Shown here piece by piece: positions 9,506 through 18,617 of a stretch of 64,000 nt of DNA (position 1 is the first letter of the stretch; every line of letters starts with the position of its first letter). This stretch comes from an uncultured virus (IMG/VR IMGVR_UViG_3300009194_000004) (taxonomy: Duplodnaviria; Heunggongvirae; Uroviricota; Caudoviricetes), in the IMG/VR virus record IMGVR_UViG_3300009194_000004, positions 1-64,000 of that record. One strand, given 5' to 3'. The position numbers and the translations under genes were made by a program. Under the pieces are notes generated by a model. The model searched no databases. It saw nothing but the letters and a program-made list of their open reading frames with translations, and was not told the origin of the DNA.

Positions 9506-12073
9506 ATGAAATCATTACTGACGCTCGACGTTTATTCTCACGGGGTCCGCATCAGTGGATACACCCGTGAGACCTTTCGTATCATTGCTGTTTTTTTGGA
9601 ACGACTGGCGCTAAAAGAACCACGCCACATTCCACAGGAACGGCGAATGGTCATGGAACTGAAGAAACGGTTCTACGGCCTAACCGATTCCCGCAAGGAA
9701 TCTTTCATCCACCGCTACCAGCTTGAAGAGTTTCTGCTCTACTTGAAAGACCGTGGATTGGAAGGGCGATTTGAGATCAACCATATCGACGCCCCGGTAC
9801 CCACCCCAGCCACGTTTGATATTTACGATCACTATGAAACCCGTGGATACCAGATTCCCATCGTTGAGTTCATGACCACCCCCGATAAGCGCTCTTGCCG
9901 CCTGGACCTCCAGACCGGCAAGGGGAAGGCCGAGACACTCTATTCTCGAATTAAAGTGCCTGGTGGTTGGTCTACAATGGGTGAGATGGAGGTTGGTACG
10001 AAAGTCACAGCATGGGATGGAACCACCACCCATGTAACGGGAGTATACCCACAGGGAACCACTCCCGTTTATAGGGTAACGTTTTGGGACGGACGTCATG
10101 TTGATGTTTGTCCTGAGCATCTCTGGAAAGCGTTCTATGTGAACACTGTACCCCATAGACGGTGGCGGGTTATTGATACCTTGGAACTCAAAAGACTAAG
10201 TGAAATGCCCAATCCACGGGTATATGTTCCTTTGTGTCAATCCGAAGACGGCCCTGAGGTTGATGTCACAATACCGCCATACACACTGGGCGTACTTATT
10301 GGAGACGGTAACCTAACCGGAACCGGTATAAATATATTCAAACCAGATAACGAGCTGTTCGAAAATATTAGGGAGGAATTATTACCGGGTCACGAGTTAC
10401 GCGACTCTCTAAAGAAGCCGGGTTTACGTTCCTTGGTAAATGCCAACGGAGGTGAAAACCTATACCGTCGCTACCTCAAAGAAATGGACATTGACGGAAC
10501 CTATTCTTGGGAAAAATACATTCCCCAGAATTACCTCCACGGATCTACGGAACAACGGTGGGCATTACTACAGGGATTGATGGACACAGACGGGACAGTC
10601 AACACCAGAGAAACCGGTGGGGCTGTGTCGTTTAACTCCACCAGTCGTCGTTTGGCGGGGCAAGTTCAATACCTTGTGCGTTCTCTTGGCGGTATTGCCT
10701 CAATCAGTGAACGCAATACACAATACACATACAACGGAGAAAAATGTCAGGGACGTAAGTCTTACGATGTTAACATCCGTCACCCGAAACAACGAAAACT
10801 ATTCCGCCTACCACGGAAGTTAGAACGTATACCTGAAACTAACCAATATTCGGAGGATTTAAAACTCAGAGTTCGTTCGGTTGAATACCTTGGTGAGGAA
10901 CCAACTCAATGCATTTCAATCGATCATCCGGAGCGCCTGTATGTAACCAATGACTTCATTGTGACACACAACACCTATTGCGCCTTACGGTCGGTGGCCA
11001 CCCTGGGCGTTCGGACGGTGGTGATGGTGTCGCCCAAATACTTCGGCATTTGGGAAAAAGCCCTGAAAGAAACCTACAAAGACATAGATGGACGTTACTG
11101 TACGGTTTCCGGTTCCGCCGAGTTGCGGGCGTTGATTGAGAAGGGCGTGGAAGGAGACCTGGACTACGATGTGATCATTGTCTCCAACGTAACCTACCGC
11201 AGCTACCTGGAATCGTACGAGCGGTTCGGTGAGGCGATCACCAGCATCGGCTATTTGGTCCCGCCCCCACGGTTTCATGAAGCCTTGGGCGCTGGGGTGC
11301 AAATCAACGATGAGTTCCAAGACGACCCCGGTCTGGTGTTCCGCACGGATGTTTACACGAATGTCAGAAAACAGTTGTACTTGTCCGCCACGCCATTCAC
11401 TGGGAACGAGTTCGTCACCCGCATGATCGACGTGATGCTCCCCAAAGAGACGTCCTGTCCCTTGCCGGAATACGACCAGTACATCAATGTGATCGGACTG
11501 ATGTACCACGACCCGGACGTTAAACGCAAAGACTACCTGACGCCCTTTAAGAACACCTACAATCACACCCGGTACGAGAAACGCCTGCTCAAAGCCAAGC
11601 GTCGATTGGAACGGTACAAGCGGATGGTGTTCAAGGTCATCAACGGCATTTACATCAAAGACCGGGAGCCGGGCCAGAAGCTACTGGTTCTGTGCGCCAC
11701 GGTGGACTTCATCAAACACCTGACCAAGGAGTTGAAGCTGAAGTACCCCGACTTGACCATCGGTGAGTTCGTGGCGGGGTCCAACCCCAAGACGCTGCAA
11801 ACCAACGACATCACGGTGTCGACCATCAAGTCGGCCGGGACCGGTCAAGACATCATTGACTTAAGAGAAGTACTGCTGCTGCAAGCAACGGATTCCAAGA
11901 AGGACAACATCCAAATCCTGGGCCGTCTGAGACGCATGAAAAACTGGCCAGAACACACACCACGCATGACGTATATGGTGTGTATGGACATCCCACAGCA
12001 GATTCGTTACTTCAAAAATAAGAAGGGTCATTTCGATGGACGCGTCGTGTCCCATCGGGTGATGCGTATCTAG
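9506..12073 (+). CDS. SF2 DExx helicase (phiKZ gp75-like) containing an intein; ~507 aa after splicing
   Basis: Walker A QTGKGK|T split by the intein; DEFQ, LSATP, GTGQDI and QILGRLRR helicase motifs. Confidence 0.9.
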   Translation: MKSLLTLDVYSHGVRISGYTRETFRIIAVFLERLALKEPRHIPQERRMVMELKKRFYGLTDSRKESFIHRYQLEEFLLYLKDRGLEGRFEINHIDAPVPTPATFDIYDHYETRGYQIPIVEFMTTPDKRSCRLDLQTGKGKAETLYSRIKVPGGWSTMGEMEVGTKVTAWDGTTTHVTGVYPQGTTPVYRVTFWDGRHVDVCPEHLWKAFYVNTVPHRRWRVIDTLELKRLSEMPNPRVYVPLCQSEDGPEVDVTIPPYTLGVLIGDGNLTGTGINIFKPDNELFENIREELLPGHELRDSLKKPGLRSLVNANGGENLYRRYLKEMDIDGTYSWEKYIPQNYLHGSTEQRWALLQGLMDTDGTVNTRETGGAVSFNSTSRRLAGQVQYLVRSLGGIASISERNTQYTYNGEKCQGRKSYDVNIRHPKQRKLFRLPRKLERIPETNQYSEDLKLRVRSVEYLGEEPTQCISIDHPERLYVTNDFIVTHNTYCALRSVATLGVRTVVMVSPKYFGIWEKALKETYKDIDGRYCTVSGSAELRALIEKGVEGDLDYDVIIVSNVTYRSYLESYERFGEAITSIGYLVPPPRFHEALGAGVQINDEFQDDPGLVFRTDVYTNVRKQLYLSATPFTGNEFVTRMIDVMLPKETSCPLPEYDQYINVIGLMYHDPDVKRKDYLTPFKNTYNHTRYEKRLLKAKRRLERYKRMVFKVINGIYIKDREPGQKLLVLCATVDFIKHLTKELKLKYPDLTIGEFVAGSNPKTLQTNDITVSTIKSAGTGQDIIDLREVLLLQATDSKKDNIQILGRLRRMKNWPEHTPRMTYMVCMDIPQQIRYFKNKKGHFDGRVVSHRVMRI
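9929..10972 (+). mobile_element. Class-3 (Ala-start, WCT) intein with LAGLIDADG endonuclease, 348 aa
   Basis: N-terminus AETLYSRIKVPGGW; block B CPEHLW; LGVLIGDG and LQGLMDTDG LAGLIDADG motifs; block F TQCISI; C-terminus IVTHN followed by +1 Thr; lower GC than the flanks. Confidence 0.93.
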
Positions 12074-12076
12074 TTT

Positions 12077-12105
12077 GGGCGTCCTTCGGGACGCCCTTTA
12101 TTCCG
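12077..12105 (+). terminator. Terminator hairpin
   Basis: GGGCGTCC-ttcg-GGACGCCC-TTTATTCCG. Confidence 0.8.
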
Positions 12106-12142
12106 CCAGCTCGGCATAACCAACGACAACGGAGCAATACCC

Positions 12143-12877
12143 GTGACTACTGCATTACTTAAGAAAGGAAGTTTCAAGATCCTGGATGACCTGGCCTGCG
12201 ACATGTCGCGCGTCATGTTGGTCGAACTCAAAGACATGAATTTGGCCAACTTTGTGGACACCACCCCCTTCTTCAGCGATGGGGGCGAGGCGGTGAAAGA
12301 ACTGCTGGAATGGTTCGGTGTTCCTGACGACAACGTGATCATGGCTCACTGCCACTGGTCTCGCGGTAACAAGCGTCAGCTGCGCGGTACCGGCATGACC
12401 GCGTACCACCCTTTCATCGTTCGCGTTAACGGACAGACCCGGATCTGGGCGTTTGCTATCCCCAACGAACTATCCCGGAATTGGTTGATCGGTACGTACC
12501 TGGGTTACCCACAGTGCTGCGTTGCGGAGTACGAGGAAGACCTGAAAGTCAGTGCCACCGACGGGTTGTCACCGCTGGAAGAGAAACGCAAGCACTTGGA
12601 AGAACACGCCCCCAACCACACCGCTGGGGAAGTTCCCTGCTGGCAGTGCATTCGGGACGTGTTCTCTGATCCCAGTCGGACCGGCAATCGATTGATTCAG
12701 ATCTCAACCCGCAGTCAGGAAACGTTCTGGAACGATTCGAACGAAGCGTTCTTGGCGTTCTTCGATGCGGTGAATGCCTATCTGGGCCACCGCCTCAGCC
12801 CGTGGACGCCTGAGGGTCACACGGTTTCCGAAGCCAACGAATCCTTGAGGGTAAAAGATGAAACGACTGCTGCATAG
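12143..12877 (+). CDS. Hypothetical Cys-rich protein (GYPQCC / PCxxC), paralog of 13788..14429
   Basis: GGAG SD before GTG; WLIGTYLGYPQCC and EVPCWQC. Confidence 0.75.
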   Translation: MTTALLKKGSFKILDDLACDMSRVMLVELKDMNLANFVDTTPFFSDGGEAVKELLEWFGVPDDNVIMAHCHWSRGNKRQLRGTGMTAYHPFIVRVNGQTRIWAFAIPNELSRNWLIGTYLGYPQCCVAEYEEDLKVSATDGLSPLEEKRKHLEEHAPNHTAGEVPCWQCIRDVFSDPSRTGNRLIQISTRSQETFWNDSNEAFLAFFDAVNAYLGHRLSPWTPEGHTVSEANESLRVKDETTAA

Positions 12878-13313
12878 AACGTTATCGTTTCTGGGGTTTG
12901 GACATCTGTACGAGACCCCAGCCCAACGCATCATGAAAGAACACAACTTGGGGGCGGTTGAACACCACACAGTGCAAGAACACAACATGGCAGCACCGCC
13001 GCCCGAACCGGAAGAAACCACGGAACACGAAGATGACTTTAACGAGTTCGAGCGTCAAGTGGATCAGTTGTTCGATTGGTTGTTAGAACAGATCAATTGG
13101 TGTTATTACCAACTCAATCGTGGTCCGGTTGGTCCGCCAGCGTATGCCAATCTGGAAGAGAAGTTGGCGGCGTGCGAATTCATGGCCAACAACCTCCAGG
13201 CGTTAAAGGAAACGCTGGATCATCAGACCAGTTCGCTGACCCCCGAAATGAAACAGCGGTACAACACGGTTTTGGAGAAAGTCGGTTACGAGTACCGGGG
13301 TCACGACGGATAA
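12858..13313 (+). CDS. Hypothetical protein
   Basis: 151-aa ORF with GAGG SD, overlapping the upstream stop. Confidence 0.7.
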   Translation: MKRLLHRTLSFLGFGHLYETPAQRIMKEHNLGAVEHHTVQEHNMAAPPPEPEETTEHEDDFNEFERQVDQLFDWLLEQINWCYYQLNRGPVGPPAYANLEEKLAACEFMANNLQALKETLDHQTSSLTPEMKQRYNTVLEKVGYEYRGHDG

Positions 13314-13373
13314 ATTTCACTCGCCCTTTAAATTGTCTGTTAAACCGTTTGTCATAAAAGGAGCTAACCGTAT

Positions 13374-13760
13374 ATGGGCCTACAACTGATCCCTGGCCAG
13401 CTTGAGAAGTTTGTTGGGGTGTTTTACCGAATCAACGCAAAAACGCCACCAGCGCGTCCTGACGTCCATGTGGACGGTGTCCTGGAACGACTGGTGATCT
13501 CCAAAGGCCAACTGCAGGTACTGATTGACGGTCAGTCGGTGGACGTGAACATCCCGCCCGAGGAACAGGTGGATGAGGCGACCTACCAAGGCATGCTGCA
13601 GTTGCTGGTTAACCAACTGGTGGAAATGTTACAAGTCCCACAGTACACCCACGACGTTCTTCAAGCGATGCAGAAGGGCGGACTGATTGCACAGTTCCAA
13701 GGGGTTACCCTACGGATGAACCCACTGACCGCCGGTGTCGGTGAGGTCGATCAGTTTTAA
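13374..13760 (+). CDS. Hypothetical protein
   Basis: AAGGAG SD; 128 aa; followed by a terminator hairpin at 13767-13794. Confidence 0.75.
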   Translation: MGLQLIPGQLEKFVGVFYRINAKTPPARPDVHVDGVLERLVISKGQLQVLIDGQSVDVNIPPEEQVDEATYQGMLQLLVNQLVEMLQVPQYTHDVLQAMQKGGLIAQFQGVTLRMNPLTAGVGEVDQF

Positions 13761-13787
13761 ACGCACCATGGGTCCTTCCGAGGGCCC

Positions 13788-14429
13788 ATGTTTTATTCCG
13801 TCAAGGGAGTTGTCATGATCATAGCCGAACGCGAAGAAGAAGGACGGTACGTCGGGCTGGTAGAGATGCCAGTCCCCGAATCGGTTCGGATGAAGAACCC
13901 AGCAAAACCAACCAAAGATTTTTACGAACTCATGCAATGGCTCGGGGTTCCTCAAGCGGAATCGGTCATCAGCATTGAGTTTGCCAGAGACCTCGCAACC
14001 AAGGGAAAGAACCACGATGATCGTCCTGGGTACCACACCTGGATGCCAACTATCGTGCGCTTCCCGGATCGGGTTGTTATTTGGGCCATCACCTTACGTA
14101 AACCTGTACACAAACACTGGGTCATCGGCATGTGGTACGGGTACCCTCAATGCTGCATCAAAGAACATCTAATCGACATCGAACATTACCGTCGAAGTGG
14201 ATTTACCGACAACCCCATCGCCAAGAAACGGAAAGAAAACCACCCGTACCGTGGTGGGCCCGTACCTTGCAACGCATGCCTGACCGACCCTTATCCCGAT
14301 TTTAAGGAACAGGTCAAACGCCACCGCCAGTGTCCAATCCCTTACCCTACCGCAGTTCCTGGGAAGACCTGGTTTGGTGCGGTGCTGTGTTACGGTCGCG
14401 GTGAGCTGAAACCTTGGGGCCGACGTTAA
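13788..14429 (+). CDS. Hypothetical Cys-rich protein (GYPQCC / PCxxC); true start probably ATG 13815
   Basis: WVIGMWYGYPQCC and GPVPCNAC; GGGAG SD before MIIAER. Confidence 0.75.
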   Translation: MFYSVKGVVMIIAEREEEGRYVGLVEMPVPESVRMKNPAKPTKDFYELMQWLGVPQAESVISIEFARDLATKGKNHDDRPGYHTWMPTIVRFPDRVVIWAITLRKPVHKHWVIGMWYGYPQCCIKEHLIDIEHYRRSGFTDNPIAKKRKENHPYRGGPVPCNACLTDPYPDFKEQVKRHRQCPIPYPTAVPGKTWFGAVLCYGRGELKPWGRR

Positions 14430-14481
14430 ACAATCCGTCCCACGGGACGCTTTATATACCACAAAACGAGGAGTAGCAATA

Positions 14482-14805
14482 ATGAGCAACGATGAGAACA
14501 AAACCCTGGACGACGCTTACGACGCCATCCGTGCCGAGCTATTGAAACACATCGGTATGAACGGTGGGTTCATCAGCCAAGGCGCCTTGATGGCCGTCAT
14601 GTTCAACGGCGACGGTGCCGTGAATGCCGCTGGCAGTCTGATCATCCAGGTTCTGGAACGGATGGTTGAGGAAGGCGATGTGATGGAGATGAAACTCAAA
14701 CACAAAGCCTTGGGTGGGTTTGGTCAACCGTACTACGTGGACCACAACACCGAGATCCATTTCACCGACAACAGTCAGAAGCGTACCCAGACCCGGAGTG
14801 TTTAA
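14482..14805 (+). CDS. Hypothetical protein (possible winged-helix)
   Basis: GAGGAG SD; 107 aa; LERMVEEGDV..M wing-like pattern. Confidence 0.7.
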   Translation: MSNDENKTLDDAYDAIRAELLKHIGMNGGFISQGALMAVMFNGDGAVNAAGSLIIQVLERMVEEGDVMEMKLKHKALGGFGQPYYVDHNTEIHFTDNSQKRTQTRSV

Positions 14806-14810
14806 TCAAA

Positions 14811-14887
14811 GGCACCCTTCGGGGTGCCGTCTATGCCCTTTCTTTTTTTTTTGGTCAACGACATAAAGCCCGCCCCGAAGGGCGGGT
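14811..14887. terminator. Pair of convergent terminator hairpins
   Basis: GGCACCC-ttcg-GGGTGCC (+) and GCCCGCCC-cgaa-GGGCGGGT (TTCG loop on - strand) flanking a T-run. Confidence 0.8.
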
Positions 14888-14889
14888 GT

Positions 14890-15408
14890 TTAATCGTCAC
14901 TGTTAGTGAAGTCCAAATCCAGTTGACGCTGCACACTGCGGTGGGTGTTCTCTTGCTGCGTGGCATCGGCTTGAGAGATGTCGTACAGCAAGTCCACGAC
15001 GTACGGCGGTAGGTCCAAGAACTCAGACAGCGACAAACCAAACTGTTTGCGGATCTGGTAATTGTAGTAACGTCGAATGTGGCTGAACAGCATGCTACCT
15101 TCCATGGCATCCTCTTTGGGATGCATGGCCACCAACGCCAGCGGCTTGTGGGGATGGGGCTTCTCATGATCGAAGATCCCATACTCGGTTTGGTAACACG
15201 ACAGGGTGATGATCTCAGCGGCCGTGGCACGGACCGCTGGGAGTTCGCGCAGCAACGCATCGATTTGGCCGGTGCTGTTTAGTTGATGCAACCCAAAGCT
15301 GGAGAACGCCACGTGCCCGTTCGCGTCGTCAAGATCGAGCGTTAGACGACTGAAACGGGCGTCCGTGTTGGTCTCCGGGTCTAGCTGTGCTTCAGGCTGA
15401 CCAACGTA
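14890..15408 (-). CDS. phiKZ gp76-like ORF (T4 gp51-like C-terminal motif); probably translated as a -1 frameshift extension of the upstream gene
   Basis: Frame is open from the T7 run at 15408-15414 with no start codon until a weak GTG at 15312; FGLSLSEFLDLP motif. Confidence 0.65.
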   Translation of the reverse strand, partial: YVGQPEAQLDPETNTDARFSRLTLDLDDANGHVAFSSFGLHQLNSTGQIDALLRELPAVRATAAEIITLSCYQTEYGIFDHEKPHPHKPLALVAMHPKEDAMEGSMLFSHIRRYYNYQIRKQFGLSLSEFLDLPPYVVDLLYDISQADATQQENTHRSVQRQLDLDFTNSDD

Positions 15409-17081
15409 AAAAAAGTGGTAAGAACATCAAGGGGAACCAGATGCTCAAACCGCTCCTTAAACTTCTCAGCGACCGGGGTCTGACATTTGGGACAGTTGAA
15501 CGATGGGATGGCAATCATGCTGATGAGGCTGTCGTCCATGTAACGATTCACCTCACCGAAGAACGTGTCCACGAACTCGTCGGTGGAGAAGATGTGGTTC
15601 AACGTTTCATTGATCACATCGGTGTCTTCCGACACCAGTTCTTCGTTGCCGTCCTCGTCCTTCTCGTGGATCGAGGTAACCCAATGGCTGTACTGACGGG
15701 CCGTGGTGGCCATCCCCAGACGGGTGATGTACTGATCCCGGTTACTGCCGTGAGGTGGTTCGTTGAATGCCCCTTGGGTCATTTCGATGATACCGTTTAT
15801 CCATGCCTGACCGGAGTCCTCATACTCCTGAATGCTTGGGACTTTCAGGGTCACCCCCAACTCGCCAAACCAGACCAGTCGTTGCCCGCCCCGAGTGTGT
15901 TCGGTCAGATACAGGCGCTGCTCATCGTCGGTCATCTTGGTGAATTTCCGAGCCATCAGTTTCTTCTGACCTTGGGTCAGTGAGGTACTGTCGGTCCAGT
16001 ACAGGCGGTTGAGGTTCAGTGTTTCCTTAGTGACGTGTTGGCACTTCTCCACATCTGCCAGACACGGATGGGCATATGGGAACCCTTTCGGGTACAACGT
16101 CACCGCCAAACCCCAGAGTACCATGGGGGCGTCCAACAACAGGATCTTTTCCTTCAGGTCACTTGGCGTTGTGTAATGCACGTTGCTGTCAATGACATAC
16201 TGGAGTGCGAAGTCCAGTGCTGCCGACATCAACACCTGGGCGGTGTTGGAGAACGCCATGCCCTTACTGTCCGCACCCAGCGTCACCTTGATCTGCTGTA
16301 GCTCGTATTGCAAACCGGTGATAGCTGACAGTGGTGGTGTCTTCATTCGCAGCCAAACGCCACTGTGCCACAGCGGCACATCAAATACGGTACCCACACC
16401 GGCTCGCCGAGCCAGGTAGGTCATGGTCTCCTCGCGACTGTGGTGGGTACCACCCAACTTCTGTTTGGGTTGACCCGGACGCAAGCCTTGACCTTCGTGA
16501 TCCAGGATCTGTTGCCAGTCACTACCTTCCCGTGCCAGACTGTTCTCGCCAAATCCGTTGAGTTGGGCGTAGGTCAGTGCGTTCATCGCCGTACGGAACC
16601 AAGCATTGCCTTCGTTGTCCGCAACCTCCCGGCCTTGCTTGGTGGCTTTCCTCTCCAGTTCCTCTTCCCGCGCGTTAATGTTTTCCAACATAGTCGTGGA
16701 ACGGTCGAGAACCTGACTTACCGTGCTGTAAGCTTCCCGGAAGACAGTCAGGATGTCAGTCAGCGCCGGGTCGGTAGTCAATTCCCCAGTAGTTTTCAGT
16801 TTCTCTTCAAACTGGTGGTACGGCTGGTCGGGCACGAACGCATCGGTGGCCTCATCTTCGGGCTCTTCGTCACCCTCATTGCTGGGGTCGTTCCCGGTAT
16901 CGGCTTCGCCTTCCTCGGTGGTTTCCTGTGTTGGGTGGTCGTGGTCTTCAGGCTCGGTGTTCAGAGCCATGTCTTCAGGCTCCGGCTCGCCGAACCGCCC
17001 CTGAAACTCTTCGGGAGTGGGTTGGGTATCGGACGACTCGTTGTTGACGTTCGGATTTTCGTTAGAATCGTTCTGATCCAT
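15381..17081 (-). CDS. phiKZ gp77-like protein, putative tail/baseplate assembly chaperone (T4 gp26-like features)
   Basis: 566 aa; acidic N-terminus; VPLWHSG; HPC....CQH and FNCPKCQ Zn-ribbon-like motifs; synteny. Confidence 0.7.
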   Translation of the reverse strand: MDQNDSNENPNVNNESSDTQPTPEEFQGRFGEPEPEDMALNTEPEDHDHPTQETTEEGEADTGNDPSNEGDEEPEDEATDAFVPDQPYHQFEEKLKTTGELTTDPALTDILTVFREAYSTVSQVLDRSTTMLENINAREEELERKATKQGREVADNEGNAWFRTAMNALTYAQLNGFGENSLAREGSDWQQILDHEGQGLRPGQPKQKLGGTHHSREETMTYLARRAGVGTVFDVPLWHSGVWLRMKTPPLSAITGLQYELQQIKVTLGADSKGMAFSNTAQVLMSAALDFALQYVIDSNVHYTTPSDLKEKILLLDAPMVLWGLAVTLYPKGFPYAHPCLADVEKCQHVTKETLNLNRLYWTDSTSLTQGQKKLMARKFTKMTDDEQRLYLTEHTRGGQRLVWFGELGVTLKVPSIQEYEDSGQAWINGIIEMTQGAFNEPPHGSNRDQYITRLGMATTARQYSHWVTSIHEKDEDGNEELVSEDTDVINETLNHIFSTDEFVDTFFGEVNRYMDDSLISMIAIPSFNCPKCQTPVAEKFKERFEHLVPLDVLTTFFTLVSLKHS

Positions 17082-17083
17082 TG

Positions 17084-17596
17084 TTAAGCCTCTTCCGTTG
17101 CAGGGGTGAGTTCCAGCATGTCACCGTGTTGCTCACGAATGACTTCAATCAGTGAAAGAATCAGCGGGGCAATAACCGTTTCGAAATGCGTTTCCAGGTT
17201 ACTATATTCCATGCTGATTGAGAACATCACCGGCCAATCTTTCTCAGGCGGTACGCCCGAACGCCCTGCGTGTTTCTGATGGAGCGCGTCCAGGTTTTCT
17301 TTGTACTGTTTGATGTCACCAAGCAGTGTGTTGAAGCAACGAGAGAAACCGTCGGGGTCGTCCAGCTTCTCTTTCAGAGTGTCGAGCTGGTTCATGACTG
17401 GCAAGGTGAATCCCTGCGTGTGCAGAAGCTTCTTGGCACATTGGTGATACATCTGGTTAAGGACTTCCCAACCGGTTTCCGACTTCAATACAGCGTCGGC
17501 AACTACGCGTTGTGTTGCCTCGATATCTTCCTTGGTCAGGTCAACATCTTGTACATCAGCCGGTGCTTCATTAAGGTTCTTTTCGTTGGAAGACAT
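17084..17596 (-). CDS. Conserved hypothetical (phiKZ gp78-like)
   Basis: 170 aa; GGAG SD; synteny. Confidence 0.7.
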   Translation of the reverse strand: MSSNEKNLNEAPADVQDVDLTKEDIEATQRVVADAVLKSETGWEVLNQMYHQCAKKLLHTQGFTLPVMNQLDTLKEKLDDPDGFSRCFNTLLGDIKQYKENLDALHQKHAGRSGVPPEKDWPVMFSISMEYSNLETHFETVIAPLILSLIEVIREQHGDMLELTPATEEA

Positions 17597-17765
17597 AAAG
17601 CGTTATAACTCCGTTATTATGAAATCGTGATAAGCCGAGCGGGTGGTGAGACGTCATTCTCGTCATATATTAGCTGCCCCAAGTAGTTTAACCCACATTT
17701 AAGTACCACGGGATTTCGTAACAGTATGTTAAAACTCATTCCCAAACCGACCCGAGGCTGTTGTC

Positions 17766-18617
17766 ATGTACGAAGAAATACAGGTGGGGCTAGATGGCGT
17801 CGTTACGCCCGAACGCATGGATGTGCTTCTCGAAACTTACCGTCAATTGACCAAATCAGGATTGGACGCATTGAACGATGAGTTGATTGGCATTTTTAAC
17901 ATGCAAGACGGTATCGCCGATAACGCCATGTTTGCCAGTCGGGTGGAAGATTGTCTGATGATCGGGGCAATCGAGGTTCTGCGGACACACGGCATTACCG
18001 TGAACCCACAAACCGCCGAAATGACAACATTGACCGACACGATCCAGACACTGAATGACTTCGAGCACTACATTGTTCCGGAGGTGTTGGTTGGTCTGGT
18101 GGGTCCGGATGAAGAACCCGACTTGGCACTGGCGTCGGTCGTTGCTTTGTTTACCGACAGCACTGAGGACGACGTGATTAATGCGGTGGACGCGGTGGAG
18201 ACCTCGGTCATCGAACGAATGCGGGCCGTGGCGGAACGCCAAATGGAATACGAGGCGGAGGCGCAGTCGGTCCCGCCAGACCACAACGAACGGATCGGTC
18301 ACATCAACACATTGATTCGTCAGTACGAAGGGCGTCACCCAGCGATCGTAATGGAGATGGCCGAACATGGTATCCCCAGTGGTCAGCGACTGAACAACTT
18401 GTTTGAGCAGGTCTTTGAACAGATCGACGGATACACCCCCAAAGAGCTGGGGGTTGAGTTCCTCGGGCTGGTACTGTACAGCGACACCCCCTTGTCCGAC
18501 GTGTATGAAGTTGCCAGCGGGTTGCCCCAAGAATTCACCGACAGTCATTCAGAACAGTACCGCATCGGTCATGCTCTGGATCAGGCGTTCTCGTATATTA
18601 AAGGTGGCTCGTTATGA
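17766..18617 (+). CDS. Conserved acidic protein (phiKZ gp79-like)
   Basis: 283 aa; ATGA-coupled to the vRNAP subunit; TATG late-type motif upstream at ~17725. Confidence 0.7.
   Translation: MYEEIQVGLDGVVTPERMDVLLETYRQLTKSGLDALNDELIGIFNMQDGIADNAMFASRVEDCLMIGAIEVLRTHGITVNPQTAEMTTLTDTIQTLNDFEHYIVPEVLVGLVGPDEEPDLALASVVALFTDSTEDDVINAVDAVETSVIERMRAVAERQMEYEAEAQSVPPDHNERIGHINTLIRQYEGRHPAIVMEMAEHGIPSGQRLNNLFEQVFEQIDGYTPKELGVEFLGLVLYSDTPLSDVYEVASGLPQEFTDSHSEQYRIGHALDQAFSYIKGGSL

Noticed and set aside
9592..9598. In-frame T_TTT_TTG slippery heptamer in the helicase gene
   Set aside because: The -1 frame closes after ~44 codons with no recognisable product, unlike the two reported sites
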